Assembly: GCA_002269645.1 (NCBI GenBank)
Contig: NIVC01002327.1
Span: 26,852-90,851 of the forward strand
DNA from: Macrostomum lignano
Taxonomy: Eukaryota
Length of the DNA: 64,000 nucleotides
Direction of reading: 5' to 3'
The translations under genes were made by a program, and so were the position numbers. Below the pieces are notes generated by a model that did not search any database, was not told where the DNA came from, and was given only the letters and a program-made list of their open reading frames with translations. This document shows positions 25,267 through 38,431 of the stretch, in pieces; within the stretch, counting starts at the first letter, position 1, and each line of letters starts with the position of its first letter.

Positions 25267-26164
25267 AATGGATTGCTAGTATAGAGTGGATTGCTAGTAT
25301 AGAGTGGATTGCTAGTATAGAGTGGATTGCTAGCATAGAGTGGATTGCTAGCATAGAGTGGATTGCTAGCATAGAGTGGATTGCTAGCATAGAGTGGATT
25401 GCTAGCATAGAGTGAATTGCTAGCATAGAGTGGATTGCTAGTATAGAGTGGATTGCTAGCATAGAGTGGATTGCTAGTATAGAGTGGATTGCTAGTATAG
25501 AGTGGATTGCTAACATAGAGTGGATTGCTAGTATATAGTATTTGCTAACATAGAGTGGATTGCTAACATAGAGTGGATTGCTAACATAGAGTGGATTGCT
25601 AACATAGAGTGGATTGCTAACATAGAGTGGATTGCTAACATAGAGTGGATTGCTAACATAGAGTGGATTGCTAACATAGAGTGGATTGCTAACATAGAGT
25701 GGATTGCTAACATAGTGTGGATTGCTAACATAGAGTGGATTGCTAGTATAGAGTGGATTGCTAACATAGAGTGGATTGCTAGTATATAGTATTGTATTTG
25801 CAAACATAGAGTGGATTGCTAACATAGAGTGGATTGCTAACATAGAGTGGATTGCTAACATAGAGTGGATTGCTAGCATAGTGTGGATTGCTAGCATAGA
25901 GTGGATTGCTAGCATAGAGTGAATTGCTAGCATAGAGTGGATTGCTAGCATAGAGTGAATTGCTAGCATAGAGTGGATTGCTAGCATAGTGTGGATTGCT
26001 AGCATAGAGTGGATTGCTAGCATAGAGTAAATTGCTAGCATAGAGTGGATTGCTAGCATAGAGTGGATTGCTAGTATAGAGTGGATTGCTAGTATAGAGT
26101 AAATTGCTAGCATAGAGTGGATTGCTAGCATAGAGTGGATTGCTAGTATAGAGTGGATTGCTAG
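25267..26164. repeat. 18-bp intergenic minisatellite (GATTGCTAGCATAGAGTG)n
   Basis: About 48 units with AGC/AAC/AGT variant blocks. Confidence 0.95.
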
Positions 26165-26927
26165 CCAGCATGGATCGCTAATTCTAAAGCTCTAGTTAAT
26201 AAGTGCCAATGCTTTCCCCGTAGCCTTGATGCAGTTGTTATTTAGTAACAAACCATGTGCCGTATTTCCAAATAAATGTTATATTTTTCCTCCAATATAC
26301 TTCTAATTCATTGCTGAGAAGTATTTTTTATAAATTAGCTATTAAACTTTTTCCTACCCAATTGGCATTTCTGTCTTTATAAAGTTTTCTAATTGCAATG
26401 GCAAATATAAAAAAGTGTAGCTTAACATTTTCCAATAAATTTTTCCAACTACTTTTTCCTCCGGTCAAAACAAAATGTGTATAACTATATTTTTTCAAAC
26501 AGTAATCAAACATGTATGCCAAAGGTGCTTGCTCACCATGTATAAACTTTGTGCTGGATAAATTTGTTATTGTTATTGTTATTGCATTGTTCTTTCTTGT
26601 GAATTAGACAGCTTGTACTATAGTTGTTGCATACTACTTATTTTAATAGGTAGGCCAGTAGTATAGGTTGTATATTATTAAGAAGCAGAGCAAAGTTTCG
26701 CTTCAAAGACCCCTGGTTCGATTCCTCGCGCGGCCAATTTGAAGGCTTGTGTGTGCGATTCAAACACATTAGAGTGTCTGGGCCATTGTACACCCTGTGT
26801 GAGCGTGTGTATGAGTGCTCATATTTTATAGGATGTCTATAATTGCTACTAATTCCTAGTTTCCAATACCAAGCATCACAACAATTCCATTCCAACCGTA
26901 AAGCGCCGGCGGCAGTAGAAGCAAACA

Positions 26928-29900
26928 ATGCAGGATCTGTCCAGGCCGCACTTGGATTCCTTTAATTTTGTTGTACAGCGAGGTCTCAGCTTGGCTGCCC
27001 GCAGCCTGCCGACAGTCTATGCCGATGCGCACGCTGGCCGGTCTCGGGTTCAGGTGAGTTTGATCTGTGTCCGAGTTTTTTCTTTGTTGAACTACTGCAT
27101 TCTTGAAGATATAGCAGAGACCTGGATAAGCGTTTAGCCCACTTTCTGTCGGGTTCTGGCCCTAAAAATGTAGGGGAGACCCGATGAAGCATCAGGAAAT
27201 CAGGGAGACCCAATGAAGCATCAGGGGATCAGGGGACCCAATGAAGCATCAGGGGATCAGGGGACCCAATGAACCATCAGGGAGACCCAATGAAGCATCA
27301 GGGAGACCCAATGAAGCATCAGGGGATCAGGGAGACCCAATGAAGCATCAGGGCATCAGGGAGACCCAATGAAGCATCAGGGGATCAGGGAGACCCAATG
27401 AAGCATCAGGGGATCAGGGAGACCCAATGAAGCATCAGGGGATCAGGGAGACCCAATGAACATCAGGGGATCAGGGAGACCCAATGAAGCATCAGGGGAT
27501 CAGGGAGACCCAATGAAGCATCAGGGGATCAGGGAGACCCAATGAAGCATCAGGGGATCAGGGAGACCCAATGAAGCATCAGGGGATCAGGGAGACCCAA
27601 TGAAGCATCAGGGGATCAGGGAGACCCAATGAAGCATCAGGGGATCAGGGAGACCCAATGAAGCATCAGGGGATCAGGGAGACCCAATGAAGCATCAGGG
27701 GATCAGGGAGACCCAATGAAGCATCAGGGGATCAGGGAGACCCAATGAAGCATCAGGGGATCAGGGAGACCCAATGAAGCATCAGGGGATCAGGGAGACC
27801 CAATGAACATCAGGGGATCAGGGAGACCCAATGAAGCATCAGGGGATCAGGGAGACCTAATGAAGCATCAGGGGATCAGGGACAGCCAATGAAGCATCAG
27901 GGGATCAGGGAGACCCAATGAAGCATCAGGGGATCAGGGAGACCCAATGAAGCATCAGGAAATCAGGGAGACCCAATGAAGCATCAGGGGATCAGGGGAC
28001 CCAATGAAGCATCAGGGAGACCCAATGAAGCATCAGGGGATCAGGGAGACCCAATGAAGCATCAGGGGATCAGGGAGACCCAATGAACATCAGGGGATCA
28101 GGGAGACCCAATGAAGCATCAGGGGATCAGGGAGACCCAATGAAGCATCAGGGGATCAGGGAGACCCAATGAAGCATCAGGGGATCAGGGAGACCCAATG
28201 AAGCATCAGGGGATCAGGGAGACCCAATGAAGCATCAGGGGATCAGGGAGACCCAATGAAGCATCAGGGGATCAGGGAGACCCAATGAAGCATCAGGGGA
28301 TCAGGGAGACCCAATGAAGCATCAGGGAGACCCAATGAAGCATCAGGGGATCAGGGAGACCCAATGAAGCATCAGGGAGACCCAATGAAGCATCAGGGGA
28401 TCAGGGAGACCCAATGAAGCATCAGGGGATCAGGGAGACCCAATGAAGCATCAGGGGATCAGGGAGACCCAATGAAGCATCAGGGGATCAGGGAGACCCA
28501 ATGAAGCATCAGGGAGACCCAATGAAGCATCAGGGAGACCCAATGAAGCATCAGGGGATCAGGGAGACCCAATGAAGCATCAGGGGATCAGGGAGACCCA
28601 ATGAAGCATCAGGGGATCAGGGAGACCCAATGAAGCATCAGGGGATCAGGGAGACCTAATGAAGCATCAGGGGATCAGGGGACCCAATGAAGCATCAGGG
28701 AGACCCAATGAAGCATCAGGGAGACCCAATGAAGCATCAGGGGATCAGGGAGACCCAATGAAGCATCAGGGGATCAGGGAGACCCAATGAAGCATCAGGG
28801 GATCAGGGAGACCCAATGAAGCATCAGGGGATCAGGGAGACCCAATGAAGCATCAGGGGATCAGGGAGACCCAATGAAGCATCAGGGAGACCCAATGAAG
28901 CATCAGGGGATCAGGGAGACCCAATGAAGCATCAGGGAGACCCAATGAAGCATCAGGGGATCAGGGAGACCCAATGAAGCATCAGGGGATCAGGGAGACC
29001 CAATGAAGCATCAGGGGATCAGGGAGACCCAATGAAGCATCAGGGGATCAGGGAGACCCAATGAAGCATCAGGGAGACCCAATGAAGCATCAGGGGATCA
29101 GGGAGACCCAATGAAGCATCAGGGGATCAGGGAGACCCAATGAAGCATCAGGGGATCAGGGAGACCCAATGAAGCATTAGGGGATCAGGGAGACCCAATG
29201 AAGCATCAGGGGATCAGGGAGACCCGCTGAAGCATCAGGGGAGAGAGACCAACTGAAGATCCAGATTAAATGCTTCCCAATCCCTAATCTCCAAGGTGTC
29301 AATCGCCAGTCTGGAGCTGAAGTCGCCAACAGACGAGCTGAGCCAGCGGCCCTTGCTGCCCAGCCAGTGCCGCCGCTCGGGCGCCACCTATACTGGCGGC
29401 CTGGTTGGCCGGCTAGAATTCCGGGTCAACGGCCAGCTGGTGGAGTCGCTGGACACCCGGCTTGGCAGCGTGCCAATCATGGTCCGGTCCCGAGTGTGCA
29501 GCCTGTTTGGCAAATCTGGGGCCGAGCTGGTCGCGGCTCACGAGGAGCACAACGAGGCAGGCGGTTATTTTATTGTCAATGGCAACGAGCGGATTATCCG
29601 AATGCTAATTATGCCCAGGAGGAATTATCCCATATCCGTGTGTCGGCCTTCCTTTGTTAAGAAAGGAAAATGGTTCTCCGACAAGGCCGTCATTGTGCGC
29701 TGCGTTACCGACGACGAGGTGAAGCTGGGGGATTATCCTGACCTGATCTGGAATCTTGATATGTCTCTTCATTTTTTATCCAACTGAACGATCCAATGTC
29801 CACGTTGATCCCATCAGCTGAATGATCCAATGTCCACGTTGATCCCAACAGCTGAATGATCCAATGTCCGTTGATCCCATCAGCTGAATGATCCAATGTC

Positions 29901-32139
29901 CTCATTGATCCCATCACCTGAATGATCCCATTTCCTCATTGATCCCATCACCTGAATGATCCCATTTCCTCATTGATCCCATTTCCTCATTGATCCCATC
30001 ACCTAAATGATCCAATTTCCTCATTGATCCCATCACCTGAATGATCCAATGTCCTCATTGATCCCATCAGCTGAATGATCCCATTTCCTCATTGATCCCA
30101 TCACCTGAATGATCCAATTTCCTCATTGATCCCATCACCTGAATGATCCCATTTCCTCATTGATCCCATTTCCTCATTGATCCCATCACCTGAATGATCC
30201 CATTTCCTCATTGATCCCATCACCTGAATGATCCAATGTCCTCATTGATCCCATCAGCTGAATGATCCAATGTCCTCATTGATCCCATCACCTGAATGAT
30301 CCCATTTCCTCATTGATCCCATCACCTGAATGATCCCATTTCCTCATTGATCCCATTTCCTCATTGATCCCATCACCTAAATGATCCAATGTCCTCATTG
30401 ATCCCATCACCTGAATGATCCAATGTCCTCATTGATCCCATCAGCTGAATGATCCAATGTCCTCATTGATCCCATCAGCTGAATGATCCAATGTCCTCAT
30501 TGATCCCATCACCTGAATGATCCAATGTCCTCATTGATCCCATCAGCTGAATGATCCCATTTCCTCATTGATCCCATTTCCTCATTGATCCCATCACCTG
30601 AATGATCCCATTTCCTCATTGATCCCATCACCTGAATGATCCAATGTCCTCATTGATCCCATCAGCTGAATGATCCAATGTCCTCATTGATCCCATCAGC
30701 TGAATGATCTAATGTCCTCATTGATCCCATCACCTGAATGATCCAATGTCCTCATTGATCCCATCAGCTGAATGATCCATTGTCCTCATTAATCCCATCA
30801 GCTGAATGATCCATTGTCCTCATTAATCCCATCAGCTGAATGATCCATTGTCCTCATTAATCCCATCAGCTGAATGATCCATTGTCCTCATTGATCCCAT
30901 CACCTGAATGATCCAATGTCCTCATTGATCCCATCAGCTGAATGATCCAATGTCCTCATTGATCCCATCAGCTGAATGATCCATTGTCCTCATTGATCCC
31001 ATCACCTGAATGATCCATTGTCCTCATTGATCCCATCAGCTGAATGATCCATTGTCCTCATTGATCCCATCAGCTGAATGATCCAATGTCCTCATTGATC
31101 CCATCACCTGAATGATCCAATGTCCTCATTGATCCCATCAGCTGAATGATCCATTTTCCTCATTGATCCCATTAGCTGAATGATCCAATGTCCTCATTGA
31201 TCCCATCAGCTGAATGATCCAATGTCCTCATTGATCCCATCAGCTGAATGATCCAATGTCCTCATTGATCCCATCAGCTGAATGATCCAATGTCCTCATT
31301 GATCCCATCAGCTGAATGATCCAATTTCCTCATTGATCCCATCAGCTGAATGATCCATTGTCCTTATTGATCCCATCACCTGAATGATCCAATGTCCTCA
31401 TTGATCCCATCACCTGAATGATCCAATGTCCTCATTGATCCCATCACCTGAATGATCTATTGTCCTCATTGATCCCATCACCTGAATGATCCAATGTCCT
31501 CATTGATCCCATCAGCTGAATGATCCAATGTCCTCATTGATCCCATCAGCTGAATGATCCAATGTCCTCATTGATCCCATCACCTGAATGATCCAATGTC
31601 CTCATTGATCCCATCGCTTAATTGGCTTCCCAATCGCTCATTCACTCTCGGTTGTTTCCATTCTTGTCCCTCCAACCCCACCTCCTTGACCCCTCTCTCC
31701 GTCATCCTAAATCCCAATAAAACAGTAAAAATAATTATTATGATTGAAAAACGCCATCAGACCGCCAGCGTAAACATTTTACACTGGCGCAACGGCTCGG
31801 ACCCAGTGATGGCTTTCACCTACGAGAAGGAGCAGTTCTACGCCCCAGTTGGGCTTCTGCTGCGGGCCCTGTTCGATGGCTCGCCAGCCGAGATGTACCA
31901 GGCCATTGTGCTGAGCCACACGGGCATTGGCAGCGGCAGCGGTGACCCGTCACTATTATTCATGGCCAAGCAGGCACTGCTGTATCTGCAGTCTTCCGAC
32001 CAGTTCAAGACGCGCCAGTCTGTGTTGAAGTATATTGGTCACTCTTTCAGGTGAGAAACAGTCTTGCCTTAGTTTGTTAGTTTTTTCAGTAGCTAGCTAG
32101 CTAGTTAGTTATTTCGTTAGTTATTTCGTTAGTTAGTTC

Positions 32140-32192
<53 letters not shown>

Positions 32193-32209
32193 GTAGGTAG
32201 GTAGGTAGG

Positions 32210-32244
<35 letters not shown>

Positions 32245-32256
32245 ATAGTTAGTTAG

Positions 32257-32296
<40 letters not shown>

Positions 32297-32366
32297 ATAG
32301 TTAGTTAGTTAGTTAGATAGTTAGTTAGTTAGTTAGATAGTTAGTTAGTTAGTTAGTTAGTTAGTC

Positions 32367-32400
<34 letters not shown>

Positions 32401-32495
32401 ATAGTTAGTTAGTTAGTTAGTTAGTTAGATAGTTAGTTAGTTAGTTAGTTAGGTTAATTAGTCAGTTAGTTATTTTGTTAGTCAGTCATTTAGTC

Positions 32496-32531
<36 letters not shown>

Positions 32532-35500
32532 GGCTAGTTAGTTAGTCAATCAGCAACTGACGCCGCACCAGTAGCTCTCTGTACATTTATTCCCTGTCGC
32601 CCGGTTGCCAGGCAAAAGCTGCGCGTACCGGCCGACGCCAGCGACTTGGACTGTGGCCGCCATCTGATGCAGCGCTCCGTGCTCACCCACTGCGACTCGG
32701 ATGCTGACAAGTTCTACCTGCTCTGCCTGATGCTGCGCAAACTGCACGCCAGCGTACGTGGCCTGTGCGCCGTTGAATCCAACGATAGCCTGATGTTCCA
32801 GGAGCTGCTGCTGCCCGGTCATCTCTATCTGCAGGTGTGCGGCTGGAGAGGGACAATGCTTACACCTAGTGATGCAATCTATATCTCATTCTAGAGTCGT
32901 AATCTCATGATCAAATCTCATACTAGGATCGGAGTATTATGGTTAGATCTCATTCTAGGGTCGTAATCCCATGATTAGATCTCATTCTAGGGTCGTAATC
33001 TCATGGTGAGATCTCATTCTAGGGTCGTAATCTCATGGTGAGATCTCATTCTAGGGTCGTTAGCTTTTGGTGAGATCGCATGCTAGGGTCAAAATCTCAT
33101 AGTGAGATTTTTAGAATAGAAATCTCGGTTAGATTTTATTTTATATACGCTCGTAGTTGCAAACCGAGAATGAGATTTCATATAGATTCACTTCACGAGC
33201 ATAATACCTCATCGCAGAGTCAGAGCTTAAGCTCTTACATTGCCTCCCTACCTCCGTCGCAGGTGCTCCGCGACATTCTCTACAGATGGCTGCTGACCTT
33301 GCAGCGCCTGATGGAGAAGAAGCTGGCCAAGGCCCAAGCCGGCAACCAGGCAGCCATAAGCGACGCAATAAAAACGGCAGTAGGCCTGTGCTCGCACGAC
33401 ATCACGGCCGCGATGGAGAATTTCATGGCCACAGGCAATTTGAACAGCCAGAGCCTGCTGCTGCTGCAGAACACCGGCCTGGTGGTGCCCGGCGACAATA
33501 TCAATCGGCTAAGATTTGCCGCCCATTTTCGCGCCGTACATCGGGGCGCTTTTTTCACCGAGATGCGAACTACCGCGGTTAGGCGCCTGCTACCGGAGAC
33601 CTGGGGCTTCATCTGTCCAGTGCACACGCCAGACGGTACACCTTGCGGCTTGTTGAATCATCTCACCGCCGCCTGCTTGGTAGTCAGCTCGCCGGAGCGA
33701 CCGGATCGGGCCAGCCTGACCGCCGAGATGTGCCTGCGCGGCCTGGTGCCGTTAAATGAAGCATCCGCGCTCAGTCAGGACCTGCAGACCTGCTTGCCTG
33801 TGCTACTGGACGGCGTGCTGTGCGGCCTGGTGCCGCCCCGGCTGGCTGTCGGGCTGGCCAACTGGCTGCGGCTGCAAAAGGTGAACCGGCTGTTGATAGC
33901 GATTTTCTTGCGACATCAATTTTATCTTGCATGGTTAATCACAACTACCTTTATGCCAAACTTCAATCACGGGATAATCCAGTTCAGTCACGAGATTGTC
34001 AAGGCCAAGTTCAGTCACGTGATTATCAAAGCCAAGTTCAGTCACGTGATTATCAAAGCCAAGTTCAGTCGCGTGATTATCAAGGCCAAGTTCAGTCACG
34101 TGGTTATCAAGGCCAAGTTCAGTCACGAGATTATCAAGGCCAAGTTCAGTCACGTGATTATCAAGGCCAAGTTCAGTCACGTGATTATCAAAGCCAAGTT
34201 CAGTCGCGTGATTATCAAAGCCAAGTTCAGTCACGTGATTATCAAAGCCAAGTTCAGTCACGTGATTATCAAAGCCAAGTTCAGTCGCGTGATTATCAAG
34301 GCCAAGTTCAGTCACGTGGTTATCAAGGCCAAATTCAGTCACGCGATTATTAAGGCCAAGTTCAGTCGCGTGATTATCAAGGCCAAGTTCAGTCACGTAG
34401 TTATCAAGGCCAAATTCAGTCACGTGATTACTGATTATTAAGGCCAAGTTCAGTCGCATGATTATCAAGGCCAAGTCCAGTCACGTGGTTATCAAGGCCA
34501 AGTTCAGTCACGTGATTATCAAGGCCAAGTTCAGTCACGTGATAATCGAGGCCAAGTTCAGTCGCGTGATTGTAGAAGTACTTCACTGAAATTAAATTTA
34601 ATCACGTGATTATTTCATTCCGTACTCCCACGCTTCCAACCCACTGGCATCTCTAAGACTTTCTTCACCATTGCAGACGTCGCCACCGTCGGGTTCGCGG
34701 CGAGCTCGCCTAGTGCCCCGAACCCTGGAGGTTGCCTTGGTAACGCCGCGCGGCGCCGGCTCTGCTGGCCCCTATCCGGGCCTCTACCTATTCAGCGACT
34801 CGGCTCGGCTGCTCCGGCCGGTCCGCAATCTGGTCAGCAACTGCTTAGAGTACATCGGGCCCTACGAGCAGTGCTTTCTGGGCATCGCAATTGATGAAAA
34901 ATCGTTGCAGCCAGACTCGACCCATTGCGAGTGCGATAAGAATGCTATATTTAGCTTCGTTGCCGGCCTAACCCCGTTCCCTGATTTCAATCAGAGTCCC
35001 AGAAATATCTACCAGTGTCAGATGGGCAAGCAGTCCATGGGTCACAGCTATAACAGCTACAGGCATCGGTCTGACAATAAACTGTACAGATTACTGTGTC
35101 CGCAGAAGCCTATGGTTAAAACTAATACCTTTGATAAGTACGGCATGAGCGACAATGCGCTCGGGTTCAATGCCATTGTGGCTGTGGTCTCTTACACTGG
35201 GTGAGGCTCGCTTCTTTTCTTTGTTTTTAACCTTTGTTGTTGCTGTACCGTGCTGCTGTACTGTATTAGTGGCATCACAGCTGTACTGTATTAGTGGCAC
35301 CACAGCTGCACTGTATTAGTGGCACCACAGCTGTACTGTATTAGTGGCACCACAGCTGTACTGTATTAGTGGCACCACAGCTGTACTGTATTAGTGGCAC
35401 CACAGCTGTACTGTATTAGTGGCACCACAGCTGTACTGTATTAGTGGCACCACAGCTGTACTGTATTAGTGGCACCACAGCTGTACTGTATTAGTGGCAC

Positions 35501-38326
35501 CACAGCTGTACTGTATTAGTGGCACCACAGCTGTACTGTATTAGACATTAATCCAAAACGGTGCATCAAACGCTCCACTCGCAGCTACGACATGGAGGAC
35601 GCCATGGTGATCAACAAAGCGGCTTACGACCGCGGCTTAGCTGACGCCTGCATCTACAAGTCGCAGGTCATCGACCTCACCAAGCTTGAAGGCGGCGGCG
35701 GTGGCAGCGGTGGCGGTGGTCGTCGACAGCAGCAGTCGAGCAGCGGCGCGGCAGCACCGGCCTGTCCGCTGCGATTCGGCGTGTTCGGCCCGGAGCCGGC
35801 GGCCTCGGGCATCGAGGCGGACGGCTTCCCGCCGATCGGGACACCGCTGCAGCCCGGCGATCCCGTCTACTGCTACTACAGGTGAACTGCTGCCCCGTGT
35901 TATTTGCAGGCAAATGTCACTCCCTATCGGCTCATATGCAGAAAATGTCACTCCCTATTGGCTCATATATGCAGGAAATGTCACTCCCTATCGGCTCATG
36001 TATGCAGGGAAATGTCACTCCCTATCGGCTCATGTATGCAGGGAAATGTCACTCCCTATCGGCTCATGTATGCAGGGAAATGTCACTCCCTATCGGCTCA
36101 TGTATGCAGGGAAATGTCACTCCCTATCGGCTCATGTATGCAGGGAAATGTCACTCCCTATCGGCTCATGTATGCAGGGAAATGTCACTCCCTATCGGCT
36201 CATGTATGCAGGGAAATGTCACTCCCTATCGGCTCATGTATGCAGGGAAGTGTCACTCCCTATCGGCTCATGTATGCAGGGAAATGTCACTCCCTATCGG
36301 CTCATGTATGCAGGGAAATGTCACTCCCTATCGGCTCATGTATGCAGGGAAATGTCACTCCCTATCGGCTCATGTATGCAGGGAAATGTCACTCCCTATC
36401 GGCTCATGTATGCAGGGAAGTGTCACTCCCTATCGGCTCATGTATGCAGGGAAATGTCACTCCCTATCGGCTCATGTATGCAGGGAAATGTCACTCCCTA
36501 TCGGCTCATGTATGCAGGGAAATGTCACTCTCAAGCGCCATCTCGCTGCTGTGTTTAATCTTCATGCCGCCATCTCAACCCCCCCCCCAGCGACGAGACC
36601 CGGCACCACACGGTAGTCCGGTACAAAGGCGACCCGGGCTACCTGGAGTGCGTGAGCACCGCCGGTCAGCCGCACCGGGCCACCCTCACCGTCCGTCTGC
36701 CTCGCAGGCCCGACATCGGCGACAAGTTCAGCTCTCGGCACGGCCAGAAAGGTGTCAACAGTCTGCTGCTGCCCGCGAGGACATGCCGTTCACTCCGACT
36801 GGCATTGTGCCAGACATCATCTTCAATCCGCACGGGTTCCCCTCCCGCATGACTGTCGGCATGATGCTGGAATTCCTCGCCGGCAAATCCGCCGCACTGT
36901 CTGGCGACTGCGTCGACGCTACGGCTTTTCAACGCGACGGCGAAATCGACGCGCCGCTATTTGAAGACTACGCCGACGTGCTTCAGCGGCACGGCTTCGA
37001 CAGATGGTGCACGGAGCCGATGTACTGCGGCTTCACTGGCCGCCTGCTGGAGGCGCAGATCTTTGTCGGCATGGTCTATTATCAGCGCCTGCGCCACATG
37101 GTTGCCGACAAGTTTCAGGCGAGTTGCTTTTTTCACTGCGGCAGTGCGGTGCCTGCTGCTTTTTGGGGCTTTTGTTGCGTATATGGCCGCGTATGGCCCA
37201 GTCTGTACTGACCTTCATCTGTCCTTGAGTGATCTCATTTTCACCCGTCTGTAGAAACATTTAACTGTTGGTAATGACCCTTTACGTGTCCTTAAATGAT
37301 CCCTTTGTGTCATTTTGTCCTTGAATGACCCCTTTGCTTGACCTTAAATGAATCCCTTTTCGTGTCCTTGAATGACCCCCTATTCTTTAAATGACCGAGA
37401 TGACCCCGGCCCCCCCTTTCTTCGTGTCCTTAAATGATCCCCCTGTTTGTCCTTGAATGACCCCTTTGCTTGTTCTTTCATGAACCCCTTTTCATGTCCT
37501 TAAACGACCCACTTTGTTTGTCCTTAAATGACCCCTTTTCGTTTCGCTGAATAAACCCCTTTGTTCATCCTTAAATGACCCCTTTTCGTGTCCCTGAATG
37601 AACCCCTTTGCTTGTCCTTAAATAAACCCTTTTCGTGTCCTTTAATGACGCCCTATTCTTGTCCCTAAATGACCCCTTTGTTTGTCCTTAAATGACCCCC
37701 TTCTCGTGTCCTTAAATGACCCCTTTGCTTGCCCTAAATGACCCCTTTGCCGTTGAATAACCCGTTTTTTCTCTGCTCTAGAGCTCAAGAGCTCAAGAGC
37801 CTCTTTCCCACTTGTCATTAGAAGCCCTATCTTCTCCCTTTCACCTGTCCGTTTTATACCTGTAGCTTCCAAGAATTCTAAGAATCCAAGCGAACCGGAA
37901 CTCCAGGTGCGATCAACTGGCCCAATAGACAACACATTCCGCCAGCCGGCCAAAGGTCGCAAAATTGGCGGCGGCGTTCGACTAGGCGAGATGGAACGCG
38001 ACTCGCTAATCTCGCACGGCGCCGCCTACGTCATCCAGGACAGGCTTGTCGACTGTTCCGACGGCGCTTTCGTTCGCGTCTGCTCCGCCTGCGGCAGCCT
38101 GTTGGCCCCGATGTTCGCCGCTGCCACCGCTGAGGCCGGCGCCGACGACGAAGGCTGGGTGTGCAGCGCCTGCGACGAGAGCAGCAGCCGGGAGCAGCAG
38201 CAGCGAGACGGCGCTGGAAGTCCTGGCATCGTCACGGTGCGAGTCGGTCACGTGTGGCGCTACCTGTGCTCAGAACTGGCCGGCCAGGGCATTCAAGTTG
38301 TCATGGATGTCAAGTCCAAGCAGTGA
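26928..38326 (+). CDS. POLR1B: RNA polymerase I second-largest subunit (RPA2), about 1149 aa, 9 exons, with a 1-nt frame break in exon 8
   Basis: Exons 26928-27053, 29296-29718, 31761-32050, 32612-32834, 33263-33880, 34677-35200, 35585-35881, 36591-37118, 37907-38326. Motifs [108 protein letters not shown] and a C-terminal CxxC..CxxC. Pol I-specific wording is recalled from POLR1B. Confidence 0.93.
27170..29240. repeat. 29-bp minisatellite (GGGAGACCCAATGAAGCATCAGGGGATCA)n with 21-bp deletion variants, POLR1B intron 1
   Basis: About 70 units. Confidence 0.96.
29785..31615. repeat. 34-bp minisatellite (GATCCCATCAGCTGAATGATCCAATGTCCTCATT)n, a dimer of 17-bp halves, POLR1B intron 2
   Basis: About 53 units; both halves begin GATCC. 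Confidence 0.96.
32100..32545. repeat. (TTAG)n microsatellite, POLR1B intron 3
   Basis: Visible, with GTAG/ATAG/TCAG variants. Confidence 0.96.
32875..33090. repeat. 32-bp minisatellite (GATCTCATTCTAGGGTCGTAATCTCATGGTGA)n, POLR1B intron 4
   Basis: About 6 diverged units. Confidence 0.85.
33982..34572. repeat. 27-bp minisatellite (AGGCCAAGTTCAGTCACGTGATTATCA)n, POLR1B intron 5
   Basis: About 22 units, roughly a dozen with an intact CACGTG. Confidence 0.95.
35255..35543. repeat. 25-bp minisatellite (GCTGTACTGTATTAGTGGCACCACA)n, POLR1B intron 6
   Basis: About 11 units. Confidence 0.95.
35905..36531. repeat. 34-bp minisatellite (GCAGGGAAATGTCACTCCCTATCGGCTCATGTAT)n, POLR1B intron 7
   Basis: About 18 units. 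Confidence 0.95.
37119..37906 (+). other. Non-canonical GC-AG intron (POLR1B intron 8) containing a degenerate about 24-bp repeat (GTCCTTAAATGACCCCTTT...)
   Basis: TTTCAG|GCGAGT donor joined to CTCCAG|GTGCGA gives KFQ|VRSTG, the conserved RPA2 sequence. Repeat at about 37270-37760. Confidence 0.85.
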
Positions 38327-38431
38327 CGATTTTGGCGTTTTTGGTGTCCTTCCTGATTTGCATATTAATTAATTGAGGTTGTAAATTGTTTCAATTATGT
38401 GGAAATCGTGATTAAATGATTTCGAAACCTA

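Noticed and set aside
26700-26730. B box GGTTCGATTCC with nearby GCTTCAAA (tRNA-Sec-like) upstream of POLR1B
   Set aside because: No A box at suitable spacing and no cloverleaf; an isolated motif only.
20830-31615. CRISPR-like appearance of 19-34 bp repeats
   Set aside because: Units are contiguous with no unique spacers, there are no cas genes, and the context is eukaryotic.
35905-36531. TCCCTATC resembling a tet operator half-site
   Set aside because: Only 8-9 bp match, with no palindromic second half; coincidence.
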